A stretch of 64,000 nt of DNA from positions 1 through 64,000 of the forward strand of contig JBHLPH010000010.1 in the NCBI GenBank assembly GCA_048939625.1. The letters run 5' to 3'. A program made the position numbers and the translations under genes. Positions 1-9,321 of this stretch are shown here, piece after piece; position 1 is the stretch's first letter, and each line of letters starts with the position of its first letter. Below the pieces are notes generated by a model. That model was not told the DNA's origin. It saw nothing but the letters and a program-made list of their open reading frames with translations, and did not search any database. The DNA is from Promethearchaeota archaeon (GTDB lineage Archaea; Asgardarchaeota; Hermodarchaeia; Hermodarchaeales; Hermodarchaeaceae).

Positions 1-11
1 GCTGGATAAGT

Positions 12-785
12 GTGCAGACCTGGAAGCAATGGGAACAAAAGATTCTGCGTAGTGCTCCTACAATAACTGTCAGTCACGAAGTTGCCCAGTCGTATAAACG
101 GGTGCAGCCAAAGACTTTCGTTGTCCCCAACCTTCCAAATAAGCGCGAAATTTCTTTGATTCCTTCGAATCGAAACGTCGATTCCGAATTTCGGATTGCT
201 TACATTCGTCGCATGGCACCGCAGGTCTCCTCATCGGTGCTTCAATTACGGTTCTTGTCCCGCTTTGCTCCATCCATGCAGAAGCATTTGGGGGCATATG
301 CGAAATCTGATGCTGAGGTATTAGAATTGTGGGAAACACAACGCCTTGGCGCTAAGCTAGTGTTTGTGGGGCATCCAGTCATTGACACTGAGGAAGTAGA
401 GAATCATGGCTTTTGTTCACACGAGGATATGCTATCCATTATTGCCGACTGTGATGCGGCTTTGTTAGGCAAACAGATACGATTCCCGTTTTATTCCTTT
501 CAAAATACGTATTCGCTAGTGATGCATGCCGGGCTCAAAACGCTGGTTCATGATACCATGTTATTGCAGTCACAATTCAATCAACAGCACAACACAGGAT
601 GGACTTGGTCAACCGGTGCGGACTTGAAGCAGCTGGTACAGCGACTGGTCAAAGAATATTTTTCGGATGTTGCAGCGTGGAATGCTGAGAAACAACGGGT
701 CCGGGCTATTGCAAAGAAACACCTAATCTGGGAAAAGTATGCAGATCAATTGAAGCAAGCCTACGAAGCAGTCCAGCAAATGTAG
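12..785 (+). CDS. Glycosyltransferase-like protein (GT-B/GT4-like, probably 5'-truncated by the window)
   Basis: ORF with GT4-like C-terminal pattern (GFCSHEDML..IADCDA..G, TGW, HLIWEKYA..L..AY); next to GT2 and epimerase genes. Confidence 0.5.
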   Translation: MQTWKQWEQKILRSAPTITVSHEVAQSYKRVQPKTFVVPNLPNKREISLIPSNRNVDSEFRIAYIRRMAPQVSSSVLQLRFLSRFAPSMQKHLGAYAKSDAEVLELWETQRLGAKLVFVGHPVIDTEEVENHGFCSHEDMLSIIADCDAALLGKQIRFPFYSFQNTYSLVMHAGLKTLVHDTMLLQSQFNQQHNTGWTWSTGADLKQLVQRLVKEYFSDVAAWNAEKQRVRAIAKKHLIWEKYADQLKQAYEAVQQM

Positions 786-884
786 TGTCTAGTCGGTAAA
801 TTGAAAAACCGAAATGGTAATCGAGTCTTAAACGCTAAGGTTGGCTAAGTTGGAGTTGAATGCGACCTGACGTCGGCGAATCCG

Positions 885-1658
885 TTGAAAGATTTTAGCA
901 TTGTTCTTCCGCTGCATGATGAAGAGGAGATTTTACCCTATACCTTTCCTCGATTGCTTGCTTTGGGTGCTAAGGAGCTTGTGGTGGTTTTGGATCGCTG
1001 TACGGATCGGACATCAGAGCTGGTTCAACGGATTTGGGATCATACAGCCGAACCGAAACCCAAACTAGTGGTTGTGCAAAATCAAGCGCAAACTGATGCA
1101 CCTAATCATGTGAACTATCTGTATCATCGTGGGATCGAGAAGGCCTCAGCTTCCTTTGTAATATTAGTCCAGGCCGATATTCTCATGGACCCTCGAATCG
1201 GTGATTGGATGCCAGATATTGCAGAGGGGAAAATGGCGTCTTTTGAGGATGTGGGGCACCCGCATGATACGCCCTATAATTCGGTGATTACGCGTCTGTT
1301 GCGTATGTATCCACGATTTGGGAAAATGCTGGGAGTGGAAGGATTTGCGGGGACCTTGGCGTTTAGTAAAGAATTGTACGCCCAGTTTCCTTTTGTGCAA
1401 GAGAAATTTTACTATGATACATATTATCACCAGGTTGGTAAGCGGTTGGGCATTTACCGATTTGTTCGCACGCGGAGTTACAACCTTCGAAATCGGCGTC
1501 GAGTGAATTTACGGTTCGATGTGATTATGTGGCGGTTGGGCGTAGAAAAACAGCGAAAAGGGAGTTCTCTAATCAAAGTGTTTGTGTATAGCCTTTTGCG
1601 GTTAAATCCGTCTGTGATGGTGGGCTGGTTTCACTCCAAATTGGCTACACGCAAATAA
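885..1658 (+). CDS. Glycosyltransferase family 2
   Basis: N-terminal FSIVLPLHDEE...VVVLDRCTDRT GT-A signature. Confidence 0.8.
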   Translation: MKDFSIVLPLHDEEEILPYTFPRLLALGAKELVVVLDRCTDRTSELVQRIWDHTAEPKPKLVVVQNQAQTDAPNHVNYLYHRGIEKASASFVILVQADILMDPRIGDWMPDIAEGKMASFEDVGHPHDTPYNSVITRLLRMYPRFGKMLGVEGFAGTLAFSKELYAQFPFVQEKFYYDTYYHQVGKRLGIYRFVRTRSYNLRNRRRVNLRFDVIMWRLGVEKQRKGSSLIKVFVYSLLRLNPSVMVGWFHSKLATRK

Positions 1659-1696
1659 CACGGAATAAAAAATTTAGCTAGATCAAGGAGTAATTA

Positions 1697-2605
1697 TTGA
1701 TGTCCTGGAGTACCCGTGCCGCCATTATCATCTCCTTTCTTGGTTGTTTATTTGGCGCGGTAGTGGGTATTGGCATATTACCATCTGTCCTTCTGTTTGT
1801 TATTGGATACACGCTTCTTGGAACTTTGAATGTGGTGCGAAAGGGCTATCGGTGGTATAATGATTTTCCGAACTCATTTCGAGTGCTCTTAGCAGCGATT
1901 GGTGGATGGATTGCCTGGTATAATCTTATTGTAGGCATAGTCTTGGTTATTCTTGGATTCGTTTTAAACGATGAATCACTTCGTCGCACGATTAGACAGT
2001 CCGGTGTCATTGTGTTATCGGGTGTCGATGGTACTGGAAAAAGCACATGGACCACACGAATCTGCCACGAATTACGTAAAAAAGATTACAAATGTCACAT
2101 CGAACGATTTTACAAATATCTCATCATTAGCCAAATTCGGAAACCTCCATCTACGGAGGGGCTGAGTAAGACACCGCCACGAAAACGGAGTCGGTTGTTC
2201 TTCCTACGCCCATATCTGGCATTGGTGGATAATTTTTTGTTATATTTGACCCGTGTGTTTTTGCCAAATTGGCGAGGTGAATTTGTTGTCTGTGATCGTT
2301 TTATTTGGGACAACTATGTGAAGCACAAAGCGTTGGGTTATCGAATGCTACGCATTCTTGTTCTACTTGTGAAGCCGAAGCATGGCATTATTCTTGATGT
2401 CAGTCCTGCGGTATCCCGACAACGTACGGATCAACGTGATTTTCATTATGAGTATACCTTTGATGAGTTGAATCAAGAACGTCGAGTTTTCGCCGCCATT
2501 GGTCATCAACTGGGTTATCCGGTTATCTCCACTGAACAATCCCAGTCTAAAACTTGGCAGGAAATTAAGACTGCGTTGATGAAAAGTGGAGTGCCACTTA
2601 CTTAG
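1697..2605 (+). CDS. Membrane-anchored thymidylate-kinase-like P-loop kinase
   Basis: About 4 hydrophobic N-terminal segments, then SGVDGTGKST and CDRF motifs of the TMPK fold. Confidence 0.65.
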   Translation: MMSWSTRAAIIISFLGCLFGAVVGIGILPSVLLFVIGYTLLGTLNVVRKGYRWYNDFPNSFRVLLAAIGGWIAWYNLIVGIVLVILGFVLNDESLRRTIRQSGVIVLSGVDGTGKSTWTTRICHELRKKDYKCHIERFYKYLIISQIRKPPSTEGLSKTPPRKRSRLFFLRPYLALVDNFLLYLTRVFLPNWRGEFVVCDRFIWDNYVKHKALGYRMLRILVLLVKPKHGIILDVSPAVSRQRTDQRDFHYEYTFDELNQERRVFAAIGHQLGYPVISTEQSQSKTWQEIKTALMKSGVPLT

Positions 2606-3572
2606 CAACCTCTAGAGCATTGACCGTCTTGATTAATCCGTCGTGAAGTGAATGGCGGGGTTCAAATTGGAGGTGGGTTCTCATTCGGGTGACGTTGCCT
2701 ACGCTATGGTAGATGTCACCTGGGCGGGGCTCTTCAAAGACGAGTTCAGGGCTACAACTGGGTACGATCTGTTGTATCTCTTCGGCAAGTTCTAAGATGC
2801 TGACAGCTTTGCCACAACCGATATTGATGGGTTCGGATGGTACATCGCTAAGAATGGCCGCACGAATGAAGGCTTCAACAGCATCTTCGACAAAGATGAA
2901 ATCTCGGGTTTGGTGCCCATCATCAAAAATCACCAGGGGAAGACCCTGCCTGGCACGATGGATGAAAATGCTGACTACGCCTGCTTCGTTATCTTTAGCT
3001 TGTCGTGATCCATAGATATTGAACAGACGTAATTGGGGGGCAACAAGACCTTTCTCTGCTGCTTTTACGCAGAGCCGCTCACCTTCCAATTTGCTTGCTC
3101 CATATGGTGAAAGTGGTTGGGTTGCAGCATCCTCTGGGATGGGCACGATTTCAGGCGTGCCATAAACTGCAGCGCTTGATGCAAACACGAACCGCTTCAC
3201 TCCTGCTTTGATAGCCCCCGTGATTACATTCTGAGTTCCGGTAACATTGATGTCTGTATATTTCTGTGGATCACGCACCGATTCGGCTACCTTGGTCACG
3301 GCAGCTAAATGGAAGACAACGTCGCAGTCGTTGCAGGCTTGATCAATAGCTTTCGCATCACGAATATCGCTTTCAATCAGCGTGAACGCATCGTTGAATT
3401 CTGCATTTTCAAGGTTTTGTCGGGTGCCGGTGGTGAGGTTATCAAAACCGATGACGCGAACCTGGTTTCTGAGCAGCGCATCCACTAGGTGGCTGCCAAC
3501 GAATCCTGCAGCTCCGGTGACTAATGCCGTTTGTAGGGCTAGTTTGGTCGTAGGATCCCCTCGACGCTTCAT
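2598..3572 (-). CDS. NAD-dependent epimerase/dehydratase (UDP-glucose 4-epimerase-like)
   Basis: VTGAAGFVGS, ASSAAVYG, YGASK, RDFIFVED motifs. Confidence 0.9.
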   Translation of the reverse strand: MKRRGDPTTKLALQTALVTGAAGFVGSHLVDALLRNQVRVIGFDNLTTGTRQNLENAEFNDAFTLIESDIRDAKAIDQACNDCDVVFHLAAVTKVAESVRDPQKYTDINVTGTQNVITGAIKAGVKRFVFASSAAVYGTPEIVPIPEDAATQPLSPYGASKLEGERLCVKAAEKGLVAPQLRLFNIYGSRQAKDNEAGVVSIFIHRARQGLPLVIFDDGHQTRDFIFVEDAVEAFIRAAILSDVPSEPINIGCGKAVSILELAEEIQQIVPSCSPELVFEEPRPGDIYHSVGNVTRMRTHLQFEPRHSLHDGLIKTVNALEVAK

Positions 3573-3698
3573 CCACTCCTCTCTCTGGCTTTAACCGTTT
3601 GCCCTTGCCCGCCTCAGAGGATACAACAAGGAGCAATCCTTAAAAGTAGGTGACTGTACCCAACAGCTGTACCCCACAACACCATTCGGGTCATCATC

Positions 3699-4103
3699 AT
3701 GGTCAAGAAATTCACCTACCGCGGATTCGGATTAGAAGAACTCCAACGCATGCCTATGGACCAGTTCATCAACCTACTCCCCGCCCGCCAACGCCGCAGC
3801 CTCCGCCGCGGCCTCCCACCCCGTCAAAAGAAACTCCTCGAACGCCTCCGCAAAACCCGCCAAGCCATCGGCAAAGGCAAATCCCCCATGATCCGCACCC
3901 ACAACCGCGACATGATCATCCTCCCCGAAATGGTCGGCCTCACCCTCGGCATCCACAACGGCAAAGAATTCCTCCCCCTCGACATCAAAGTCGAACACAT
4001 CGGCCACTACCTCGGCGAATACGCCCCCACCAACAAAGCCGTCCGCCACGGCAACCCCGGAATCGGCGCAACACGCGGAAGCCAATATGTACCTCTCAAG
4101 TAA
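3699..4103 (+). CDS. rps19: 30S ribosomal protein uS19
   Basis: [15 protein letters not shown]...[19 protein letters not shown]. Confidence 0.97.
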   Translation: MVKKFTYRGFGLEELQRMPMDQFINLLPARQRRSLRRGLPPRQKKLLERLRKTRQAIGKGKSPMIRTHNRDMIILPEMVGLTLGIHNGKEFLPLDIKVEHIGHYLGEYAPTNKAVRHGNPGIGATRGSQYVPLK

Positions 4104-4129
4104 TATATAGATTAAGTAAAATCTATATA
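4104..4129. repeat. 10-bp perfect inverted repeat (TATATAGATT-N6-AATCTATATA)
   Basis: Read directly, between the rps19 stop and the LAGLIDADG gene. Confidence 0.7.
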
Positions 4130-4191
4130 GATATGTTTTCAAGGAATTGTGGGGTTTAAGTACCTCCTTTTAATGCGCCTATTGATGTGCT

Positions 4192-6051
4192 ATGGGAAGA
4201 CAACACCTACGTCACTTCCACCTTACTGATTTCCACACACGCGACATATATGTTCAACTTGACCCAGATTTTGGCAAAAGCTTCTTTTCAAAAATACTTG
4301 ATCAAATCTCCTTGAAAACTCTCGCTGAGGAACTCGACTCCAAAATCGACCTTTTAGCTCGATACGCTGTGAACTATCGTGAGGATTTAGTGAATCCCGT
4401 TTTCATCGAACTTGGCGTTTTATTGAAGCTTATTAGTACCCACAAGAAATTTCATAGGAATTCAGATATTCTTTCAGATGTGGAAAGAAATGTTCGCGCA
4501 ATTAAAGGGTACGGAAGGTCAGGGCTGCTACGAAATCCACGAATACCAATTAAAGAAGATAACCATCTTGTTCGATTGGTGGTTCATCTAATAGGAGACG
4601 GCACCTTAACAGAGGAATATGGAACAACTAAGACTCCACACTACACAAATGGAAATGCAGTGTTACTTAATCAGTTTCATAGCACTTTGGGACAGGTATT
4701 TGGAGATGTTACTTGTTGTACTCGGAAATATATTGACAGACATGGAAAATCCCGTTCATATGTTGCTTTCACAAAATGGCTCGGTTATCTTCTCCGCCAT
4801 TGGTATCCAGACGCAGGATTTGATGAACTACATGGTTCTCTTCCCAGTGCATTTCTACAACTTCCTTTAGAACTAAAGCGCGAAATTGTTCAGACGTTTG
4901 GGGATGATGATGGGCATGTGGGAGCACATTCTATTCGGTTTACGTCGGGGGGTTCAACGATTCTTGAGCAGATTCGTAGTTTAATTGTGGAGTTGATGGT
5001 GGCGACGTTACCTGTGGAGGAGTTTCAGGTTCTGTTGAAGTCCGTGGGTGAGGTGAAGGCGTGTCGGAGTTGGTTTATTTTGGACGTGTATCGACCGGTG
5101 TTTGGGTGGTATGTGGAGCATATTGGGTTCTCGCATCCGGAGCGGGCTGAGAGGTTGCGGTTTCAGTTAGCTTGTGATAGCGCGTGGGTGGAACGGGGGT
5201 TGGATGGGTTTGATTTGGATTTTCTCACCTTGATTGGGTTGCGAGAGGTTGGGTCGGTGGCGGATGTAGCGCGGCGTTTTGTGTTGCGTGAGGATTTTCT
5301 GTTTCGGGTGGTTGAGCGGTTGCGGCAGTTGGGGTGGATTCGGCGGATGACAAAGCAGAAGTTTACAACGGTGTATCAGACGACATCAAAAGGCGAGGAT
5401 TTCTTAAGGCGGATTTGGGCTCGTGGGTGGTGTGAGCCAGATCGGGTCGTGATGGATGATGCGTGGTGGTCTGAGTTGCGGGGGCAGTTGTTGGATGAGT
5501 ATGGCACCGCTGCAGCAGTGGCGCGGGTGGCGGGGATGCCGGAGACGACGGTGCGGCTGTATTTGCAGGGGCGGCGGCAGTGGATGGATGCGCGATGGGT
5601 AGTGGCGTTAGCGAAGGCGGTGGGGTGGGGGGTGGATGCGGTGTCGAAGGGACTTGTCGTGGGGTTTACACGGAAGTTGGCCCCGCGGTATGAGCAATGT
5701 GATTTCTTGAAAAAGCAATTGGAAGTGTATCGGCAGTTAAGCGATGGACGCCTTGGGTTTGAGGGTTGGCTGTTGAGTCATCGACGAGATGGAGGGCGAT
5801 CGGAGCAGCTGTTAGATGTGGGACATTCGGTGAAGCTGCAAACGGCGTCGGCGATCAGAAATCGAATCGTTGAATTGGCTAGAGTGAATGGGGGAACGAT
5901 TGCTTTGGAAGCGTTGAAGGGTGATGCCGTGTTGCAGGAGTTAGTTGCGAATCGGTATGCGGCGTATTTGGCGGATCGGATGGCGAAGCTGATTAAGCAG
6001 GGGGTGTTTGTGCGTGTGCAGAAGGGACGGTATCAGTTGGTTGAGTTCTGA
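4192..6051 (+). CDS. Free-standing LAGLIDADG (DOD) endonuclease-like protein with multiple HTH/wHTH domains
   Basis: Motifs LVVHLIGDG and IVQTFGDDDG about 100 aa apart; wHTH-like VVERLRQLGWI..YQTTSKG; XRE-like AAAVARVAGMPETTVRLYLQG; no intein splicing motifs. Confidence 0.7.
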   Translation: MGRQHLRHFHLTDFHTRDIYVQLDPDFGKSFFSKILDQISLKTLAEELDSKIDLLARYAVNYREDLVNPVFIELGVLLKLISTHKKFHRNSDILSDVERNVRAIKGYGRSGLLRNPRIPIKEDNHLVRLVVHLIGDGTLTEEYGTTKTPHYTNGNAVLLNQFHSTLGQVFGDVTCCTRKYIDRHGKSRSYVAFTKWLGYLLRHWYPDAGFDELHGSLPSAFLQLPLELKREIVQTFGDDDGHVGAHSIRFTSGGSTILEQIRSLIVELMVATLPVEEFQVLLKSVGEVKACRSWFILDVYRPVFGWYVEHIGFSHPERAERLRFQLACDSAWVERGLDGFDLDFLTLIGLREVGSVADVARRFVLREDFLFRVVERLRQLGWIRRMTKQKFTTVYQTTSKGEDFLRRIWARGWCEPDRVVMDDAWWSELRGQLLDEYGTAAAVARVAGMPETTVRLYLQGRRQWMDARWVVALAKAVGWGVDAVSKGLVVGFTRKLAPRYEQCDFLKKQLEVYRQLSDGRLGFEGWLLSHRRDGGRSEQLLDVGHSVKLQTASAIRNRIVELARVNGGTIALEALKGDAVLQELVANRYAAYLADRMAKLIKQGVFVRVQKGRYQLVEF

Positions 6052-6092
6052 GTTCATGGGAGTGGTGTGGGGTGAATTGGTCGAAGTGGCTG

Positions 6093-8084
6093 TTATGCTT
6101 TGAAGGTTGGGGTAGGTGAGGTTTCGTTGAACAGGATTTCACCAAGGGGGGTGAAGTCGGTGAGGTTGTGGAAGCGGAGTGTGGAGGGGGAGAGGGTATA
6201 GAGGACTTCGTTGATGTAAAGGGAACGGGTGATGAAGTGTGATTGCCATTTGTAAATGTCATCGTGGAGGACGTCGGGATCGGCGAGGTGGGTAATTTGA
6301 TGTCGGATGGTAAGGGTGGCGGTTGCGGGGTTGAGGTAGAAGATGTAGGCGCCTTGCCAGACGTAGTCGCCATGTTCAAAGGGTTCGTGGGTGTAGTTGT
6401 CGGTGTATTCTGCGAGTAGAACGGGAATGATGAGGAGCTGTTGGTCGGGATGGTAGAGGACAGCGTGATGGTCGTTGAGGGCGGGGGAGTCAGTGCCTCG
6501 TACGCCAAGAATTAACTTTGCATTTTCTTTGGGGGTGTAGGGGTCGGTGGCATTGAATAGGCTGAGTTTGAGTCCCTCATACCACCACCAGTCTTCTGCT
6601 TCAGAAACCTGGACCTCTTTTCCGATGCCTACTAACTGGTTGTCACCCAGTGGGTGGAGGTAATTCGAGTAACCGGGAATTATCAATTCTCCTTGAAGGT
6701 GGGGTGTAGTGGGATCAGAAAGATCAATGATAAAGAGGGGATCGGTTTTCCAGAAGGTCACTAGATAACATACGCTTTCTAGGAATCGAACAGAGTAGAT
6801 GCTTTCGCCAGGGGCTAAGCCTTCGAGAAGCCCAACGGTGTCGAGTTGTGCGTTTAGAATATAGAGATTGCTATCTTGTGTCCAGGAGGTTACAAATAAC
6901 ATTGGTGTCGACGTGAAGTTGGCGATTCGCCGTGTTGTAGCTACGCGTAGATAGCCCTCATGTTCATCGAGGGCGAATTGGTTAATTAGTAAGCCTGGAA
7001 CTTTTCCACTGGCTTCATATAATACCTGACCTTCACAGATCGCAAAGCGATGTATGGCTGTTGAATGGTGAGATATGGCGTTAGTACTGAAGTCGAAATG
7101 CGATATAGCAAGGTAGAGATTGACAAGTGATGCGTAGATCGTACAGGTGCCCGTTCCGCCCAGGAAGGTTTCACTGGTGGGAGGATTATCCGGATTGCTG
7201 ATATCTTGGGCTAGAATATGATAGTAGCAGAATCTGTAATCATACGTGTACAGATCATAATAGATGGTTTCAGCTGGGATGATGTGTGTGGAGTTTCCTA
7301 TTGTTATTGATGGTAGCTCGACGGTTCCATTCTCCTCGCTTATCCAGTCTTGGACGATGAGGTATAGATATTTGCCAATTAGGCGGGCACTGACATAGTA
7401 ATTCTCAAGGTCGATTCGTTGAAGTAAGGTAATGGATGAAGGTTGAGATACATCATAAACTTGAAGTGAAATTGTGTCGGGGCTCCATGGGTCTCCGTGG
7501 TGCGTGACTCGGCTAATCACGGCTAGCCTGGATGTATCCCATAAGAATAACGCAAGCGGTGTTCCCTCAGGGTAAATCCAATTGACTATGTTCGCCATAG
7601 CCACAGGGTATGCTTTAACAACTGCAACCTTCTCTTCAGTAATGGTGTAAATGTAAGTTCCGTCGGTTTTGACAATGTCGGGCTCATCAACGCCTTCAAC
7701 TTGAACATTGGTGGTCGAATACCCTGATGTCCCCTGCAATCCACTAGGAGTATCTCCGGACGTAAACAAGTTGATATCTTCCAGCCACAATCCCCATCCA
7801 TAGCCTTGCGGTGGGTGATGATTTTGCACATACAATGCCAATTCCGCTTGTGATCGAAAACGCTGTAGTTGAACGGGGGAATTAAGTTGAAAATCCAAAT
7901 AAAGGCCTGCTATGGCGAACCCACCGATGATCGTTGATAATAAAAGCACGACTTTTACTGGTTGGCTTCGGACTTGTCTTAACCAATTACTCCCAAATCG
8001 GGTCCTTATGTGAGGCATATACTTACCTCTTACCCTCTGGGTCATTAATCTAAACTTTAGAACAGGAAAATCCATTGTGTTCAA
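6093..8084 (-). CDS. Secreted/membrane-anchored beta-propeller domain protein (Beta_propel family)
   Basis: YSTTNVQVEGVDEPDIVKTDG, NQFALDE..GYLRVATT, TDPLFIIDLSDP, IPGYSNYLHP; N-terminal TM segment. Confidence 0.85.
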   Translation of the reverse strand: MNTMDFPVLKFRLMTQRVRGKYMPHIRTRFGSNWLRQVRSQPVKVVLLLSTIIGGFAIAGLYLDFQLNSPVQLQRFRSQAELALYVQNHHPPQGYGWGLWLEDINLFTSGDTPSGLQGTSGYSTTNVQVEGVDEPDIVKTDGTYIYTITEEKVAVVKAYPVAMANIVNWIYPEGTPLALFLWDTSRLAVISRVTHHGDPWSPDTISLQVYDVSQPSSITLLQRIDLENYYVSARLIGKYLYLIVQDWISEENGTVELPSITIGNSTHIIPAETIYYDLYTYDYRFCYYHILAQDISNPDNPPTSETFLGGTGTCTIYASLVNLYLAISHFDFSTNAISHHSTAIHRFAICEGQVLYEASGKVPGLLINQFALDEHEGYLRVATTRRIANFTSTPMLFVTSWTQDSNLYILNAQLDTVGLLEGLAPGESIYSVRFLESVCYLVTFWKTDPLFIIDLSDPTTPHLQGELIIPGYSNYLHPLGDNQLVGIGKEVQVSEAEDWWWYEGLKLSLFNATDPYTPKENAKLILGVRGTDSPALNDHHAVLYHPDQQLLIIPVLLAEYTDNYTHEPFEHGDYVWQGAYIFYLNPATATLTIRHQITHLADPDVLHDDIYKWQSHFITRSLYINEVLYTLSPSTLRFHNLTDFTPLGEILFNETSPTPTFKA

Positions 8085-8191
8085 TGCTTTTGAACAACTT
8101 CAGACTTCTCAGACGCTATTGATCGGCTCTGAAAGAGCTACTTTTAATAAGGGCAGTTAGCGTAGACAGGTTGCGTGTTGAGGTGTTTATT

Positions 8192-8689
8192 GTGAAGCCG
8201 TGGTTGTTGAATATTTTGGCGTGTCCGATTTGTAAGGAGCATCCGTTGACGACGTATGTGGTGGGTGTGAAGCGGAATCGGCTTCGGGACAAGAAGGGAT
8301 TAGCCGGAGAACTGGTCATCCATTATCAGCGCGGAGTGCTGAGTGAACCGTCTTTGAAGCCGGTCTATAATTTGTCAAAGGACAAAGTCTTTGATCAGCG
8401 GCTGGCAAAGGCGCGGAAGGTGTTTGCCTCCTTTTCGAAGAAAAAGCCTGATTCCCAGGATGTGGTACCTCTCGTGGAGTACTTCCATGGCATCGAAATT
8501 GTAACGGGAGCGATGCGGTGTGAGAAGTGTGAAAGATGGTACCCGATTGGGTCCCGCGTGGAGACGATTCCGGAGCTGTTGCCGGATGCGGGGCGAGATA
8601 GGAAGGCGGATGTGGCGTTTCTCCAGAAGCATCGTGAAGTGCTTCCGAAAGTGATTTTAACCGAGTCTAAGCCCTTCGTCTTGGAATAG
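8192..8689 (+). CDS. Trm112 family methyltransferase activator with long internal insertion
   Basis: LLNILACPICK ... CEKCERWYPI..IPELL; GTG start after GAGGTG. Confidence 0.8.
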   Translation: MKPWLLNILACPICKEHPLTTYVVGVKRNRLRDKKGLAGELVIHYQRGVLSEPSLKPVYNLSKDKVFDQRLAKARKVFASFSKKKPDSQDVVPLVEYFHGIEIVTGAMRCEKCERWYPIGSRVETIPELLPDAGRDRKADVAFLQKHREVLPKVILTESKPFVLE

Positions 8690-8857
8690 GACGACATCGA
8701 AGCCGAGACTAGCAGAATTCTTATATAGGGCACATGGCATCGCTTCATCGCTCTCACGTTGTTTGGGAGTGCGGACCAGCACCGAGGGTCACATGATTCT
8801 CGTTCTTGCTGCTGCAACCTGCAAAGTGAGTGTTGTAATTCCCAGAGTGGATACCTT

Positions 8858-9319
8858 ATGCCCAACTATGGTTACTCGATTATTGGTCTAGATCCAGACA
8901 AAACCGCACGAGCTAGTGGACGCGAGCTTCGGATGTCACCAAAGGCAGCCCGGGAAATTTGTAATGAATTGCGTGGGCTCCGCTTAGAAGCTGCGAAAAC
9001 CTACCTCGAGGAGGTTATTGCCATGCGTCAAGCCGTCCCCTATCGACGCCATGACAAGAAAGTCGGGCACAGGAAAGGGCTACATAAGGCCGATTCTGGA
9101 CGGTACCCCGTGAAAGCCTCGAAAGAGATTATGCGGATCTTAACCAATGCTGAAAACAATGCGGATTACAAGGGCCTAGACCTTGATCGACTCCGAGTAA
9201 CCCATATTTCAGCGTATCCTGGGAGAGTTCTCAAACGTTTTATAGAACGAGCCCATGGACGCTCCACCAAATTCGATGAACAACTGGTACATGTTGAGGT
9301 TGTATTAACGGAGGAGTAA
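8858..9319 (+). CDS. rpl22: 50S ribosomal protein uL22
   Basis: SPKAAREIC, GRYPVKAS, RAHGRS; ATG at 8858. Confidence 0.97.
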   Translation: MPNYGYSIIGLDPDKTARASGRELRMSPKAAREICNELRGLRLEAAKTYLEEVIAMRQAVPYRRHDKKVGHRKGLHKADSGRYPVKASKEIMRILTNAENNADYKGLDLDRLRVTHISAYPGRVLKRFIERAHGRSTKFDEQLVHVEVVLTEE

Positions 9320-9321
9320 AA

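Noticed and set aside
3650-6508. Pro/His/Thr-rich alternative ORFs (3650-4159 +, 5993-6508 -)
   Set aside because: Shadow frames produced by the extreme C-skew over real genes.
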